In this document: piece after piece, positions 1-11,280 of the stretch
How positions within the stretch are numbered: position 1 is the stretch's first letter
How the letters are laid out: every line of letters begins with the position of its first letter
From: Chrysomallon squamiferum
Taxonomy: Eukaryota > Animalia > Mollusca
Assembly: GCA_012295275.1 (NCBI GenBank)
Contig: CM022666.1
Location: 12,338,001-12,402,000 of the forward strand
Reading direction: 5' to 3'
DNA: 64,000 nucleotides
Notes under the pieces: model-generated
What the model saw: only the letters and a program-made list of their open reading frames with translations
Database searches by the model: none
What the model was told of the DNA's origin: nothing
Translations under genes and position numbers: made by a program

Positions 1-610
1 GCAAATAACGACATCGACGAATATAGAACTCACATCACTGCGCGTTCTTGAGTCACATGACCACTACAAGTCCCTCAACTAAAATTCCCGAAGATATTCA
101 CTGCGTCCATTAAAGGCTGTAAAATGTAGGTCAGACGAGAGTAAAGACTCAACGCCATTCTCGATACGAAGCTTTGGATTAACAAATCGCTCCATCATCC
201 AGCTATCTACGTAGCGTCTATTTATTTAATTGATTAAATGTTTTGTTTCTGTTTTTGTGATCGGAGAGTTTTCACAACTATAATACATTTAAAACAGTGT
301 GAATCGCGCATATCGTGAAAAAATATCATTAACTCGAAATCAGTGGTCTGATAAAATCTAACAGTAAAATAGTTTTAAAGATGGGCTAATAAAATGGAAA
401 AAAATAAACCAATGGTAAACAGTAATGTATTTAAAACAACAACAACGAAGAAATAAAAAAAATATGTAAGTTTCATATAGTTATAAATACGTGCCTAATT
501 TAAAATAAAGAGAAAAAAATAAAATGGAAATAATGTTTAAACTATTGCTGCTGCCAAATTTGAAATAACATAAAACTCAAAATACGAAGATAATTACACG
601 CCGTCAACAC

Positions 611-611
<1 letters not shown>

Positions 612-647
<36 letters not shown>

Positions 648-655
648 TTAATAAA

Positions 656-702
<47 letters not shown>

Positions 703-720
703 TAATAATAATAATAATAA
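612..720. repeat. (AAT)n microsatellite
   Basis: Direct reading. Confidence 0.95.
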
Positions 721-1043
721 CATCTAAATAAATAAATGTAAAGAGGTATTTTTTAACACTGCTCTTGCATTAAGGTGGTACGTACCACAACATTTTCATA
801 TTCAGGCTTTTACTTGTATCCATTTACACCTACAATTAAGAACGTATTTAATACTAATTTGATTTCTGGCGAAAATATTATCTAAGTACAAGTCTAGGCC
901 ACAATATTATAAGAAGACGAGTTGAAAATACGAACAATAAAACAGATTACGATAAAAAATAAAAATAGAAATAATGGAAGAATTTCTGTTTGAGCAGATT
1001 TTGGCACAGCAACTCGTCTGTTGTATCTGACTGAATTGTTGAC

Positions 1044-2219
1044 TTAGCTGTCAGACGGCCTCAGCACTTTGCCTATGAACAACACGACTCCAGTCCGGTT
1101 GTCTCTGATAACAAAGATGAAGGGATGATCCACGACAAAGTAAACGAGTTTTGATCTAAAGGGACTGGGTCCACAGTTCCTCACTGAAGCATCGTTTTCT
1201 TCATTTCCTTCCTCGTTCACTTCTACCACAGTTTGGTGCACGAACTGTGAAATATGAAGACCAGTGGTTCCTGCAATACCAGACAAATCGGCGCCGTCTT
1301 TGAAGGCGTCTGTTATTCCCAGGCCTGAGAGAATACTGCACAGGTCGTAGAATGAGGTCATACGGAATCTTGGAAGAGAGACGTGTACAAGCGTGGGTTT
1401 GACGGAGTGAAGCGCCGTCTGTAGTTTTTGCTCGTCCATAAGCCCCGCCTCTAGCAGAGGCAGACAAGATGTCTGCACAGGAAGAAAGATGAACATGCTC
1501 AGATGTCGATTAAAGTACGGTAACTCCACCAGACGACATTTGAGGTCAGCGAGAGCAAAGTAGGGAAATAGTTTCTGCATGTTCATCATTGACACGTGCA
1601 CAACTTGACCATCCAGTGTCTTAAAGCTGTCCATTTGGGTGTTACTTTTATCGAATGGGTAGTTCCATTTACCGCTGAAAGACGCAGAGTTTACGAGAAA
1701 CAGTTTGGTAAAATCGCCAATAACGCCAGGAGGTAACAGCTCCTTCACAACGCCATTTGTTTCGTTTTCAAGCCAAGTATTGATTCTCTTGCGAATATTC
1801 TCGCAGCTATCCTCGAAATCCACGTTCTCGACAGCCGCCTTGAAACACTGAAGAGTCACGTCTCGATATTCATTACGTACAGCAAATTTGTTAGCAACAA
1901 GTATCCGATTTGCTATTTGCAGATTATAATATTTCTGCTTTTCAGTTAGTAAATCTAACGTTTCTGAAAACAACTGAGGAAGGGACTCAGAAATTTTACA
2001 CCAATTCATTGCTTCTTTGATCTGTTCTGCAGTTTTTGATCTGGCGCCTAAATATGTAACAGCCAATGCCGCCGAAACACAGTAAGGTGAGACAATCACG
2101 TCCTTCTTTTTCTCTTCCTCCGCTAGGTGGCGGTATAGTCGTATAGAGAAATGGTTAACTGCTTCAGCCAATTCTGCGAAACGTACATCCTCCTTAACCG
2201 TTGTTTGATCTTTTGTCAT
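1044..2219 (-). CDS. Serpin 1 (391 aa), cytosolic, probably non-inhibitory
   Basis: Serpin motifs SPYCVSAALA, INTWLENETNG, LFLVNSASFSGKW, SLPRF, FVVDHPFIFVIRD. Hinge reads EEGNEENDAS instead of EEGTEAAAA. No signal peptide. Splice acceptor ttttctcttacag lies 17 nt upstream of the ATG. Confidence 0.93.
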   Translation of the reverse strand: MTKDQTTVKEDVRFAELAEAVNHFSIRLYRHLAEEEKKKDVIVSPYCVSAALAVTYLGARSKTAEQIKEAMNWCKISESLPQLFSETLDLLTEKQKYYNLQIANRILVANKFAVRNEYRDVTLQCFKAAVENVDFEDSCENIRKRINTWLENETNGVVKELLPPGVIGDFTKLFLVNSASFSGKWNYPFDKSNTQMDSFKTLDGQVVHVSMMNMQKLFPYFALADLKCRLVELPYFNRHLSMFIFLPVQTSCLPLLEAGLMDEQKLQTALHSVKPTLVHVSLPRFRMTSFYDLCSILSGLGITDAFKDGADLSGIAGTTGLHISQFVHQTVVEVNEEGNEENDASVRNCGPSPFRSKLVYFVVDHPFIFVIRDNRTGVVLFIGKVLRPSDS

Positions 2220-2610
2220 TTTTATAGAACTTAGATCTGTAAGAGAAAAACAGAAGTCACTAATATATAAAGCCTCACTTGCTGTTAAACCATGTTAACA
2301 AAATCACTGTGAATAGAAAAGGACCTGGTTGTTCGGGTAAAAGTTAGACAGTCACCAGATAAGTAAAGGAGTATGTCTGTTATAAATTTATGACAGAGGA
2401 ACTGCCACCAAAATCTTTGATAGCTCAATCGATTTGGAATCATATAATAATTTGTTTTGTTTTTTGTTGTTGTTGTTGTTTTTAAAAATAATAATAATAA
2501 ATAAACAACAGTAATAATAAAATAATAAATTTTAATAATACAATTAAAACATTAAAATCAAAAAAATAAACAAAAACCCAAACAAATATACAACAACAAT
2601 AATAAACAAA

Positions 2611-2649
<39 letters not shown>

Positions 2650-2906
2650 ACTAAAACACAGAATACAAATTGGTGTTTGGGACAGCATTATTCAAAGTAA
2701 TAAAACTTGACTTGGATCAACAAAATGAAGTCATACTGAACACAATTACTCGTGCTGTATCACATCGACCGAGATGTCATTTTTAACAGATTTGTACTCC
2801 AGATAAAGTCGTAAAGCGAATGAATACACACCAATGGCGTCTTCGGTCATACTTGTAAATTCTCCAGCATGTCAGTTTTAGAAATTTTGTTACCTGAACT
2901 TATTTC

Positions 2907-2932
2907 TATTATTATCATTATTATCGTTGTTA

Positions 2933-2984
<52 letters not shown>

Positions 2985-3019
2985 CGTTGTTGTTATTATT
3001 ATTATTATTATTATTATCG

Positions 3020-3059
<40 letters not shown>

Positions 3060-3097
3060 CATTATTATTATTATTATTATTATTATCGTTGTTGTTG

Positions 3098-3158
<61 letters not shown>
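2907..3158. repeat. (ATT)n/(GTT)n compound microsatellite
   Basis: Direct reading; source of the spurious poly-I/L/N ORFs. Confidence 0.95.
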
Positions 3159-4134
3159 GCACTGTTTAAAATGGTTGACTATGGTCAAACGAAACGCGCG
3201 GATCAGTTAACATAATTAACAACTGTAAACTATAGACACAGGGTCGACAACGTCTCTTTTTTAAACCTTTTAATATACTTTAAAATACTTTAAATTTGGA
3301 TCAGCACACAGACTTACATAAGCTTATAGAATGAAGATAAATAAATAAATAAATAAATAAAAGTACAACGAAAAACCAAACTTTCTGCTGATGCAGGGTA
3401 GGTGAGATAACCAAATAATCTGACAGAGTTCGATGGATTATTGTTTGTTTGATTGTTTGTTTTTTAGCGTTATTTATTTAAAAACCAGAGTAAGAAATCG
3501 CTGAGTTTTAGTTTTTTTAAATGCTATAAATATGCTATAATTCTGTGGTTTTCTGACATTTGCATCCGATCTGTCTGTACCAGCCATCAAGATCCACATT
3601 CGACATCTTATATCAGCTACTTAATAACAGAAATAGTACAACAGCAGCAGCAGTAGAATAGAAATAGTAGTAGTGACAGTAGTAGCAATTAAAGTAACAG
3701 TTGTAATAATAGTAATGGTTATAGTAGCAGCAGAAGTAATAACTGTTGTAAAATAGTGGTAATAACTAGTAGAAATAATAGCAGTAGTTATAAAGGTGAT
3801 GGTAGTAGTAGTTGTAGTAGTTGTATTAATTGTAGAAATAGTAGTACTCAAAATAGATAAATGTAAAGTTATAAATAACAATTTCACTATGGGTTTGGTA
3901 TTTTGGTACAGTAAAATCTTTTTATGTCTATAAAGCTTAAAGAAGGTAATTGTTTATTTTTTTAAAAAACAACATCATAAAAAGAAAAGAAAATTAATAA
4001 AATAAAATAAAACAAACTGATAGTATTATTCAAAGATAGAAAAAGAAAAAGGTAAACTAAATTTTCCAAGTAACAACATTTTTTTATTTTCAGCTTATAT
4101 CTTGAGCTTAATATTCTCAAATTGTTAATATTTA

Positions 4135-5367
4135 CTATAATTCTTGCTTCCCGCTGATCATCTGGGGTCCCTTAGGATGTTCAAGTTTGCCCAAAAACAA
4201 GATCATATTGGCCCTGTTGTCTCTGATGAGAAAGAAAAACGGATGATCAACAATGAAAGGATAGATAACAGGCAAAGATCTTGCCTGTATTCTGGCAGCA
4301 GAAGTTGCAGCAGCTTCACTTCCCTCTTCATTCACTTCTAACAAAGTCTGGTGAATCATCTGAGAAAGGTAGAGATCTGCAGTATTTGCTATTCCTGAAA
4401 AATTCGCCCGTGTTTCATCAAAGGCATCTGTTATTCCTAAAAATGGCAGGATCTTCTCCAAAGCAAAAGTAGACTCAAGAACAAATTTAGGTAATCTAAT
4501 ATCAACAGTTTGTTTCTGTATTTCAGATAAAGCATTTCTCAGGTTTTCAAAACTGAGGTTTCCTTCCAAAGACTGAAGACCAAAATCGTCCAGTGGCAGG
4601 AGAATGAACATGCTGAGGTGTCGCTGCACATATGGCAGCTCTAATACCTGGCATTTTAAATTTTCGTTCTTTCCTGTTCGAAATGTTTTAATAAGTTTCA
4701 TCATGTCAACTTCAGTCTTAACAGACGGAGAAATTTTGAAGTCACCTTTCTCTATATCGGCAGGGTCAAATTTCTGTTCCCAAGTTCCTTTAAAGTAGAT
4801 TGCATTGACCAAAATCAGCCTTGTTAGGGAATCAATACTATCTGAAATCACACTGTTTATTTTTCCATTAGTTTGCTTCTGCACCCATTCATTAATAATT
4901 CGCCTTTCTCTATCTGGATTTCCAGCAAAATCAGCAAGAACAGCACCAGCCAGAAAATATTTTTCTGTTTTATTAACAAATTCATCAAGCACTTTTATTC
5001 TGCTATGAATAAACATTCTGATTGCCACTGTTAAATTATAGCTGGTTTCGGTATTCAAAATGGACAAGTAATCTTTAAAAGCATCATTGAGTTTATCACT
5101 GAAGGTGGTCCACCGTAACACTTGATCTATTTGAGACTGTGTGTTATCTCTAGCACCCAAACGGATCATAGCAAGAGCAGTGAGGATACTAGCTGGTGAA
5201 ACGAAAACATTCTTCTCAGTAATGGCCAAGTGTTTGTAAAAGTCCAAAGCAAACTCGGTATTGGCTTTAGCAAGTTTAGAAACAAGTTCTTCATCTGTGA
5301 ACATTCCTTCAGCCACCACTGAACCTGAGGTGTGATAAAGGAGAAATATAAAAATGAACAAATTCAT
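4135..5367 (-). CDS. Serpin 2 (410 aa from ATG 5367), inhibitory type, putative signal peptide and C-terminal KQEL
   Basis: Motifs NVFVSPASI, INEWVQKQTNGKI, LVNAIYFKGTW, LPKF, FIVDHPFFFLIRD. Hinge/RCL EEGSEAAATSAARIQAR-SLP (P1 Arg by P17 counting). N-terminus MNLFIFIFLLYHTSGSVVA. The ORF-track start at 5379 is a TTG; an alternative ATG exists at 5304. Confidence 0.93.
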   Translation of the reverse strand: MNLFIFIFLLYHTSGSVVAEGMFTDEELVSKLAKANTEFALDFYKHLAITEKNVFVSPASILTALAMIRLGARDNTQSQIDQVLRWTTFSDKLNDAFKDYLSILNTETSYNLTVAIRMFIHSRIKVLDEFVNKTEKYFLAGAVLADFAGNPDRERRIINEWVQKQTNGKINSVISDSIDSLTRLILVNAIYFKGTWEQKFDPADIEKGDFKISPSVKTEVDMMKLIKTFRTGKNENLKCQVLELPYVQRHLSMFILLPLDDFGLQSLEGNLSFENLRNALSEIQKQTVDIRLPKFVLESTFALEKILPFLGITDAFDETRANFSGIANTADLYLSQMIHQTLLEVNEEGSEAAATSAARIQARSLPVIYPFIVDHPFFFLIRDNRANMILFLGKLEHPKGPQMISGKQEL

Positions 5368-6777
5368 TTTTAATATCAAAGCCTTAATTCCGAGTTCCTC
5401 TTAATATACTGATTCAGATTTTCAGTTTAAATTCATTCAAACTCTCCTTCCATCTTCTGTCCATCCACTGCTTTCAAGTCTGCAAATTACACGAGGACAG
5501 TGGGTTAAAATATCTGTTTTACAATCAGCTTTTATTAACCATTATGTAGCTATACCAAAAATGAATTCAACAATAAAGTTAAGCATTATTTAAATTTCTT
5601 GTCAAAGTTTTGATTCTTTTTTATTCGTTTCATTTTTTTTTTTTTTTTTAATTTGTGGTATGATTTCAGAGGAATTAACATTTGACTTGACCAGGATAAA
5701 ACTGATATTTTAAGACAGTAACAAGTTATATCTTTTATCCTGCACTCCTAAATATCACAAAAAATAAAAGAAATCAACTGTTTTATTTCTCATCTCACCT
5801 CTCTCTCAAGAAGTAGATTCACATGCGCTGATTTCATTGTCACCTACAAAAACTAAACATCAAAACAAAATAATTCTTAAATAATAACGTTTTATATGTT
5901 GTTGTTTTTTTAAATGAAAATTGTTTTCAAAATGGTCTTTTAAAATCTAAACCACTAAACAAATACTAAAGAAATACATTTGAACACTATATACACATAT
6001 CATTACATCAAACCAATGATTTATACAAGAAGACCTGCCATGATGAAATTTTCCATGAAAATAAATAAATCTATTTATCATTAATTAGAAAAACAATTGA
6101 TTCCTGAACTCCATAATTATTGCTTTATAATTCTGTCATCAGCTGAAAAATATTCTTTAGTCATTTCATATAGTCACACCGTCTTGAACAAACCAGCCAG
6201 CTATAAACAGGAAAACACACAGTGAATATTTACTTATTTCTTTATTCATTGATAATCAGTTTGATTATTATAATAAATTAATTAAAACATTATTGTTCTT
6301 AAATATACTGTAAAGCTCATTTATAATTTATAGTATTCCATGTTTTTAATACATTTTAATCAATAACTGAATGAAAACAGAAATTAAAAACAAAGTGTTT
6401 GTCGTATGTACATATATAGATACAGCTATAATAATACCAATTAGAACAATAATAATATATAAAACAACTTCCTTATAAGATTTTAGAAAATTGTAGATGA
6501 ACAAAATCCAGATAGATATATGTAGAATACGTATTGTGGAATAAAACAACAAATACAACTATAAAAAATAAATATGAAATGCACATTTCTTGTTGATTGT
6601 AATGTTTTATAAAACTATTTCTGTAAAAATTAATATTTATACAGACTGATATTATCATATATTCTGATTTTAATTTGCTTTGAATCAAAGTTTCTATTAA
6701 AGTTGTTTATTAAAGATATGACTTATAAGTGTCTTATATATGTCATCGATCTGTTATTCTGCTCAGTGCAGCTGTGA

Positions 6778-7923
6778 TTAAGGTTTCGCAAGTTTTCCAA
6801 TGAAGAGGACCATGTCTGCCCTGTTGTCACGAATGAGGAACAGGAAAGGGTGGTCAGCCACAAATGGATGAGAGATAGGCAAGCATCTTGTTAACATAAC
6901 AACACCTGTGGCTGCTGCAGCTTCACTGCCCTCTTCATTAACTTCTAGGAATGCCTTGTGAACCACCTGAGAAATGTAGAGATCTTTTGACCCTGTCATA
7001 GCAGAAAAATCAGCTTTGTTGACATCAAAAGCATCAACCATTCCAAGAGAGGGTAAAATCTTCTCCAGAGAAAAAGTTGATTCCAAAACAAATTTTGGAA
7101 ATGTGATGTCAACAGTCTGCTTACGGACTGATGACAAAGCTTCTCCCAGCTTATCTGCATCCAGTTTTTCTTCTAGATATACCAAACCATCTACCTCAAA
7201 CGGAAGAAGAATAAACATGCTGAGATCTTTATTCACGTAAGGCATTTCCAAAATTTGACATTTAAGGTGTTCATTTCTAGACAATGGAAATGATTTGTTC
7301 AGACGCATCATATCAACCTGCACCTGCTGGCTAGAGGAAATTTTAAAATGACTTTTTATTGTGTCAGTAGCTGTGAACTTCTGTTCCCAGTCACCTTTAA
7401 AGTATATTGCATTAATGAGAATAAGTCTTGTCAGAGGGTCTATGTTTGCGATGATGTTTTTTATTTTCTTGTTAGTTTGGCTTTCCACCCACTCATTGAT
7501 GACTTTCTTTTCTCCTTCTGGGTTTCCGACAAAATCAGCTAAGACAGCTTCTGCTTTAAAGTGTTTAACAGTTTTCTCAACAAACTGCTCAAGCAGCTTC
7601 TGTTTGTTGTGGACAAATATTCTGTTGGCCATGGTCAGGGTATAGCTGGTTTCTGCAGCATTCAAAACACTGAGGTAATCATCAAATGCTGTGTGGACTT
7701 CGTCGCTAAATTCTTCCCATTTCAAAGCCCGATCCATTTCAGTTCCTGTATTACTAGTGGCACCAAGACGAGTCATAGCAAGAACTGCAGAGATACTGAC
7801 TGGTGAAAGGAAAATGTTGTCACTTGTCCTGGTCACCTGTTTGAACAAGTCTAAAGCAAATTGGGTATTTGCATGAGCAAGCTTTGAGACGAGTGTCTTG
7901 TTCTTAAAATGTGTTGCAGCCAT
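6778..7923 (-). CDS. Serpin 3 (381 aa), cytosolic inhibitory serpin resembling clade-B / leukocyte-elastase-inhibitor-like serpins
   Basis: NIFLSPVSIS, INEWVESQTNKKI, LINAIYFKGDW, canonical hinge EEGSEAAAATG, RCL VVMLTR-CLP, FVADHPFLFLIRD. No signal peptide. Acceptor ttgtttttgtcag lies 16 nt upstream of the ATG. Confidence 0.95.
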   Translation of the reverse strand: MAATHFKNKTLVSKLAHANTQFALDLFKQVTRTSDNIFLSPVSISAVLAMTRLGATSNTGTEMDRALKWEEFSDEVHTAFDDYLSVLNAAETSYTLTMANRIFVHNKQKLLEQFVEKTVKHFKAEAVLADFVGNPEGEKKVINEWVESQTNKKIKNIIANIDPLTRLILINAIYFKGDWEQKFTATDTIKSHFKISSSQQVQVDMMRLNKSFPLSRNEHLKCQILEMPYVNKDLSMFILLPFEVDGLVYLEEKLDADKLGEALSSVRKQTVDITFPKFVLESTFSLEKILPSLGMVDAFDVNKADFSAMTGSKDLYISQVVHKAFLEVNEEGSEAAAATGVVMLTRCLPISHPFVADHPFLFLIRDNRADMVLFIGKLAKP

Positions 7924-8670
7924 TGTAACAGTCCAGACTCTGACAAAAACAAGGATTACTAAATGAGAAGAAAAATTTCTGAAATACCTAACTGTAGATT
8001 ATTTTCTGATAAAATCCACCTAAACAACAATGAATTACAAGCATAAGTGTCATACTAACTGTATTGTGTATTTAGTTTTAAAGTGATCTATTTTATTACA
8101 GATTTTGAAAAGATACATTATCACTTTTCATGTTAGCACTGATAAGGTAAATGAAGGAACTCAGTATTTAACTAGAGTGGTTTAAAGGAAATTATGCAAA
8201 TCAGATTCAAACCACTGATGTAATGTAGAGCTAACAAAGATAAATAATTAAATAGTAATAAAAGACTTTTTAGTATATTAACATTACATAAACAAAAGTA
8301 TGATACAATATCTGCCAGCCTTTCTCTTTCTAACAGTGGTAATAAAGGGTTTAGAAATATTTACACCTAAAAGACTTGCAAGTAAACTGATGGAGAAAAA
8401 GCTGACTCAAAGATCATTAGCAATGTATTAGATGTAAATGTAAATAAATGATAAATTTTGCTAATACAACATAGATGTAATCAGATATCCAGTCAGTGGA
8501 ATGCCATCTATGGAAGTTTATAAAGGTGTAAAAAAGCTGAAAGCTAAAGGAAATCTGTGAACAGTGCTCTGTTAACTAACCTGTATCAACAATCAACAGA
8601 TAATATCTTTAATTTAGAATCTAAATAACATAATCATAACGATAATAACGATAATAACAATAACAAAAAC

Positions 8671-8710
<40 letters not shown>

Positions 8711-8714
<4 letters not shown>

Positions 8715-9077
8715 GTTGATTCCAAAAGAAATTTTGGAAATGTAATGTCAACAGTTTGGTTACTAACTAAAGACAAAGCTTCTCTCAGCTTATCTGCATC
8801 TTCTTCTAGATATACAAAACCATCTACCTCAAAGGGAAGAAGAATAAACATGCTGAGATCTTTATTCATGTAAGGCATTTCCAGAATTTGACATTTAAAG
8901 TGTTCATTTCTAGACAATGGAAATGATTTGTTCAGACACATCATATCAATCTGCACCTGATGGCTACAGGAAATTTTAAAATGACCTTTTATTGTGTCAG
9001 TAGCTGTGAACCTCTGTTCCCAGTCACCTTTAAAGTATACTGCACTGATCAGAATAAGTCTTGTCAGTGGGTCTATG
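8711..9077 (-). pseudogene. Internal fragment duplicated from serpin 3
   Basis: Closely matches ~7071-7445 (..LNKSFPLSRNEH(F/L)KCQILEMPY..VDITFPKF(L/V)LESTF) with a 6-nt deletion (EEKLDAD to EEDAD). Lacks both termini and the RCL, and ends in an (AAT)n tract. Confidence 0.88.
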
Positions 9078-10758
9078 ATTTCCTGTCTATTGTACAGATA
9101 TGGTTCTGCTTTAAAAAGTTATTCAACAGCTAATAATAAAACAAAATAAACAAAATAAAAGTTCTGTTCACAGTTCAGTTTATAAAAAAGATTCATTTCA
9201 CTATTCTAAATAAATTTTACTTCAACTGTTTATCATAGAAAGAAAAGCTTTATAAATGAAATTAAAACAAACAAAAAGTATACAGTTACCAACAGATCCC
9301 AGGTTACAAATGTTTCACTAACAATGGCTGAGTGTGTCAGAGTAATTTGTTCTCACAAAACCAGGCCCTGATATAACAACCACCTCAACACAAAAATACA
9401 ACACCAATTCAATCATAAATCAACTGCACTTGTATCAGATTCAAATAACAGTTTAGTACAGATTTATTGTTCAGCATATATCTCATTTGTGGTTATATTT
9501 TTGTAACAGCTTTCACAAACTTAACATGGGTGGAGCAAAATTGAGAATGTGACATGTAGGTGACACACCCACACATACACATAATTCAAGAAATGTTTAA
9601 GTATTTTAACAGCTTTATGGCTGGTTAATGATTTACTACATTTCACTGTTGGTAGGTAGTATCAAGCAAAATTTAAACATCAGAACAAATAACCATGCAA
9701 ACTTCCAAGACTCTGATGTAATAAATGTGGCTATATCCAATTTCAAAGTTCATTTTGAGACTGGGGTAGAATTGTGTGCTGAATACAGCTCTTCTGAATA
9801 TTTTGCAAAGTTTAGAATATTTTTTATTATCATTTATTAAAAAGAGGAAGTTCACAGTATTGAAGTGCTGTAACCTAATGTGTCTTGCCAGGCATAATGA
9901 CAGACACACTCCTCCTGGCTTTATCAGAGAGTGTGCTTCACAACAGCTTGCTCTGATTAACACAAACACTTATTCACACACACACACACACAATCATACA
10001 GAAATTAAACAATTCTCATTCATTTTGTTAAGTTATTACAATTCGGATATTTCAGTAAGAGGTAATTAACAAAAAAACTTCAATGAAATAATGTTATTAA
10101 AAGCAGACATGACGATGCTGCGTGAACTCTAAAATAAGCTAATAAACATCCAATACTATATTACCAGTGAAAAACAAATAAATGTTAAGATGTTGAGTTT
10201 TTAGCCACCTTTAGAAAACTGTTAAATATTTTACCTCAAATGACTCAGTTTAATTTTTAAATTTTAGACAAACACACAGTGTTCATTTAATCAACTTTGC
10301 TGAGTTACAAAATAGTTGTTGAAAACTGAAAAGGTTGTTATGCTCAACATTTTTTAACACACACACACACATGCATATATGCATGTATATATATATATAT
10401 ATATATACAAACCAGACCCAATAAATTCAAAGGAGAAAAAACAAGAACTTGTCTACAACTGATTTATGCCTTCTGTGTCAAGCCTTTTGATGCGGTTCTC
10501 GACTGAATATTTTACGAGGAGTGATCATCTTGTGTGAAAGCATGCTTCACTGCATAGTCATAAAAAAATTATGTTTCCATGGTTCAAAAGAGAAGACATT
10601 TTTCTTTCTTTGATTAAAATGTTCACAACTTATAAAGAACACAATTAAGTCACTTAGTCTGTCATGTTTTCAATGGCACATTTTCTTTGCAATTTACCAA
10701 AAAGATAAAACAAATTTAGTGAAAACCAGAAGCTTTCTTCTTTTTTCAGTGTTTTTTC

Positions 10759-10798
<40 letters not shown>

Positions 10799-11249
10799 TC
10801 ATATTTATATAAAACAACTTAAGTCAACTCAATGCAGACACCAAGGCAATTGTTTTTCAAAATAAGCATAAAATATTTTTGTGGAGACTGTTTTTCATGA
10901 AAAGCCACGAAATTAGCTTTAATACAACTAACAAGTGACTCACACTGAAAGAGAAATTAAAGCACTTTATTCACATATTTTTGTAAGGACTGGTTTTGAT
11001 TTAACTCAAGTTAATTTCAGTGGAACAGAGCTCAGTAAATATGACTGATACAGAAAAATACCAGTTTGTACTGGTGTTTGATACTATCTACTACTCCAAA
11101 TTTCATTTATCATCAACATTGTTATTATTGTAGATAAGCGAAAGATTTATTAGGTTGTGCTAGTCAAAATTTAATTATTTATAAGTATTTTCATTGTTTC
11201 TTTCTTAGTCAAATAGAACTCTTGAATACAAAGAGACAAGAAAAACACA

Positions 11250-11280
<31 letters not shown>

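Noticed and set aside
2847-3887. Poly-Ile/Leu/Asn/Thr ORFs between serpins 1 and 2
   Set aside because: Translations of trinucleotide microsatellites.
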